From Raja brachyura (Eukaryota), in the NCBI GenBank assembly GCA_963514005.1, contig OY740809.1, positions 20,832,001-20,896,000 on the forward strand: 64,000 bases of DNA. The letters run 5' to 3'. The notes under the pieces are model-generated. The model was not told where the DNA came from. It did not search any database and worked only from the letters and a program-made list of their open reading frames with translations. This document shows, piece by piece, positions 63,901 to 64,000 of this stretch (positions are counted from its first letter, which is position 1; each line of letters starts with the position of its first letter). The position numbers were made by a program, and so were the translations under genes.

Positions 63901-64000
63901 ACCCCGAATCACTGAAATTCATATCGAAATAATAGAGCCTCCTATATTTAACATATTTAGTAATGTGCAAAGAATAACCTACCTCTGTGTAATAACCAAT

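Overview
Vertebrate genomic DNA, most likely from a cartilaginous fish (skate/ray), judging by HE1-type V-SINEs and the CR1 and Penelope-like repeat repertoire. The whole window lies inside one + strand spectraplakin gene, best matching MACF1 (ACF7) rather than DST or PLEC. I traced 22 GT-AG exons (3716-62781) that splice into one open frame of about 945 codons: CH1 (partial), CH2 and the plakin domain with its SH3 insert. The gene continues past both window edges. Three additional in-frame exons lie in the introns: a 96-nt cassette exon inside CH1 (7875-7970, plectin-3alpha/DST-like), a CpG-island-associated 365-codon alternative first exon with a myristoylation/palmitoylation-type N-terminus (25197-26291, isoform-3 type), and a 62-nt alternative first coding exon at the BPAG1e-equivalent position (40741-40802). 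Introns hold CR1, L2 and Rex1 LINE fragments, HE1/V-SINEs, two Harbinger MITEs and a MER47/Tigger5-like MITE. They also hold a Penelope-like GIY-YIG element with an inverted terminal copy and a 16-bp target-site duplication (TSD), plus many short Penelope-derived insertions, often hairpin-shaped, carrying a hammerhead-ribozyme-like core. There are two assembly gaps. All family assignments come from recalled sequence knowledge, not database searches.
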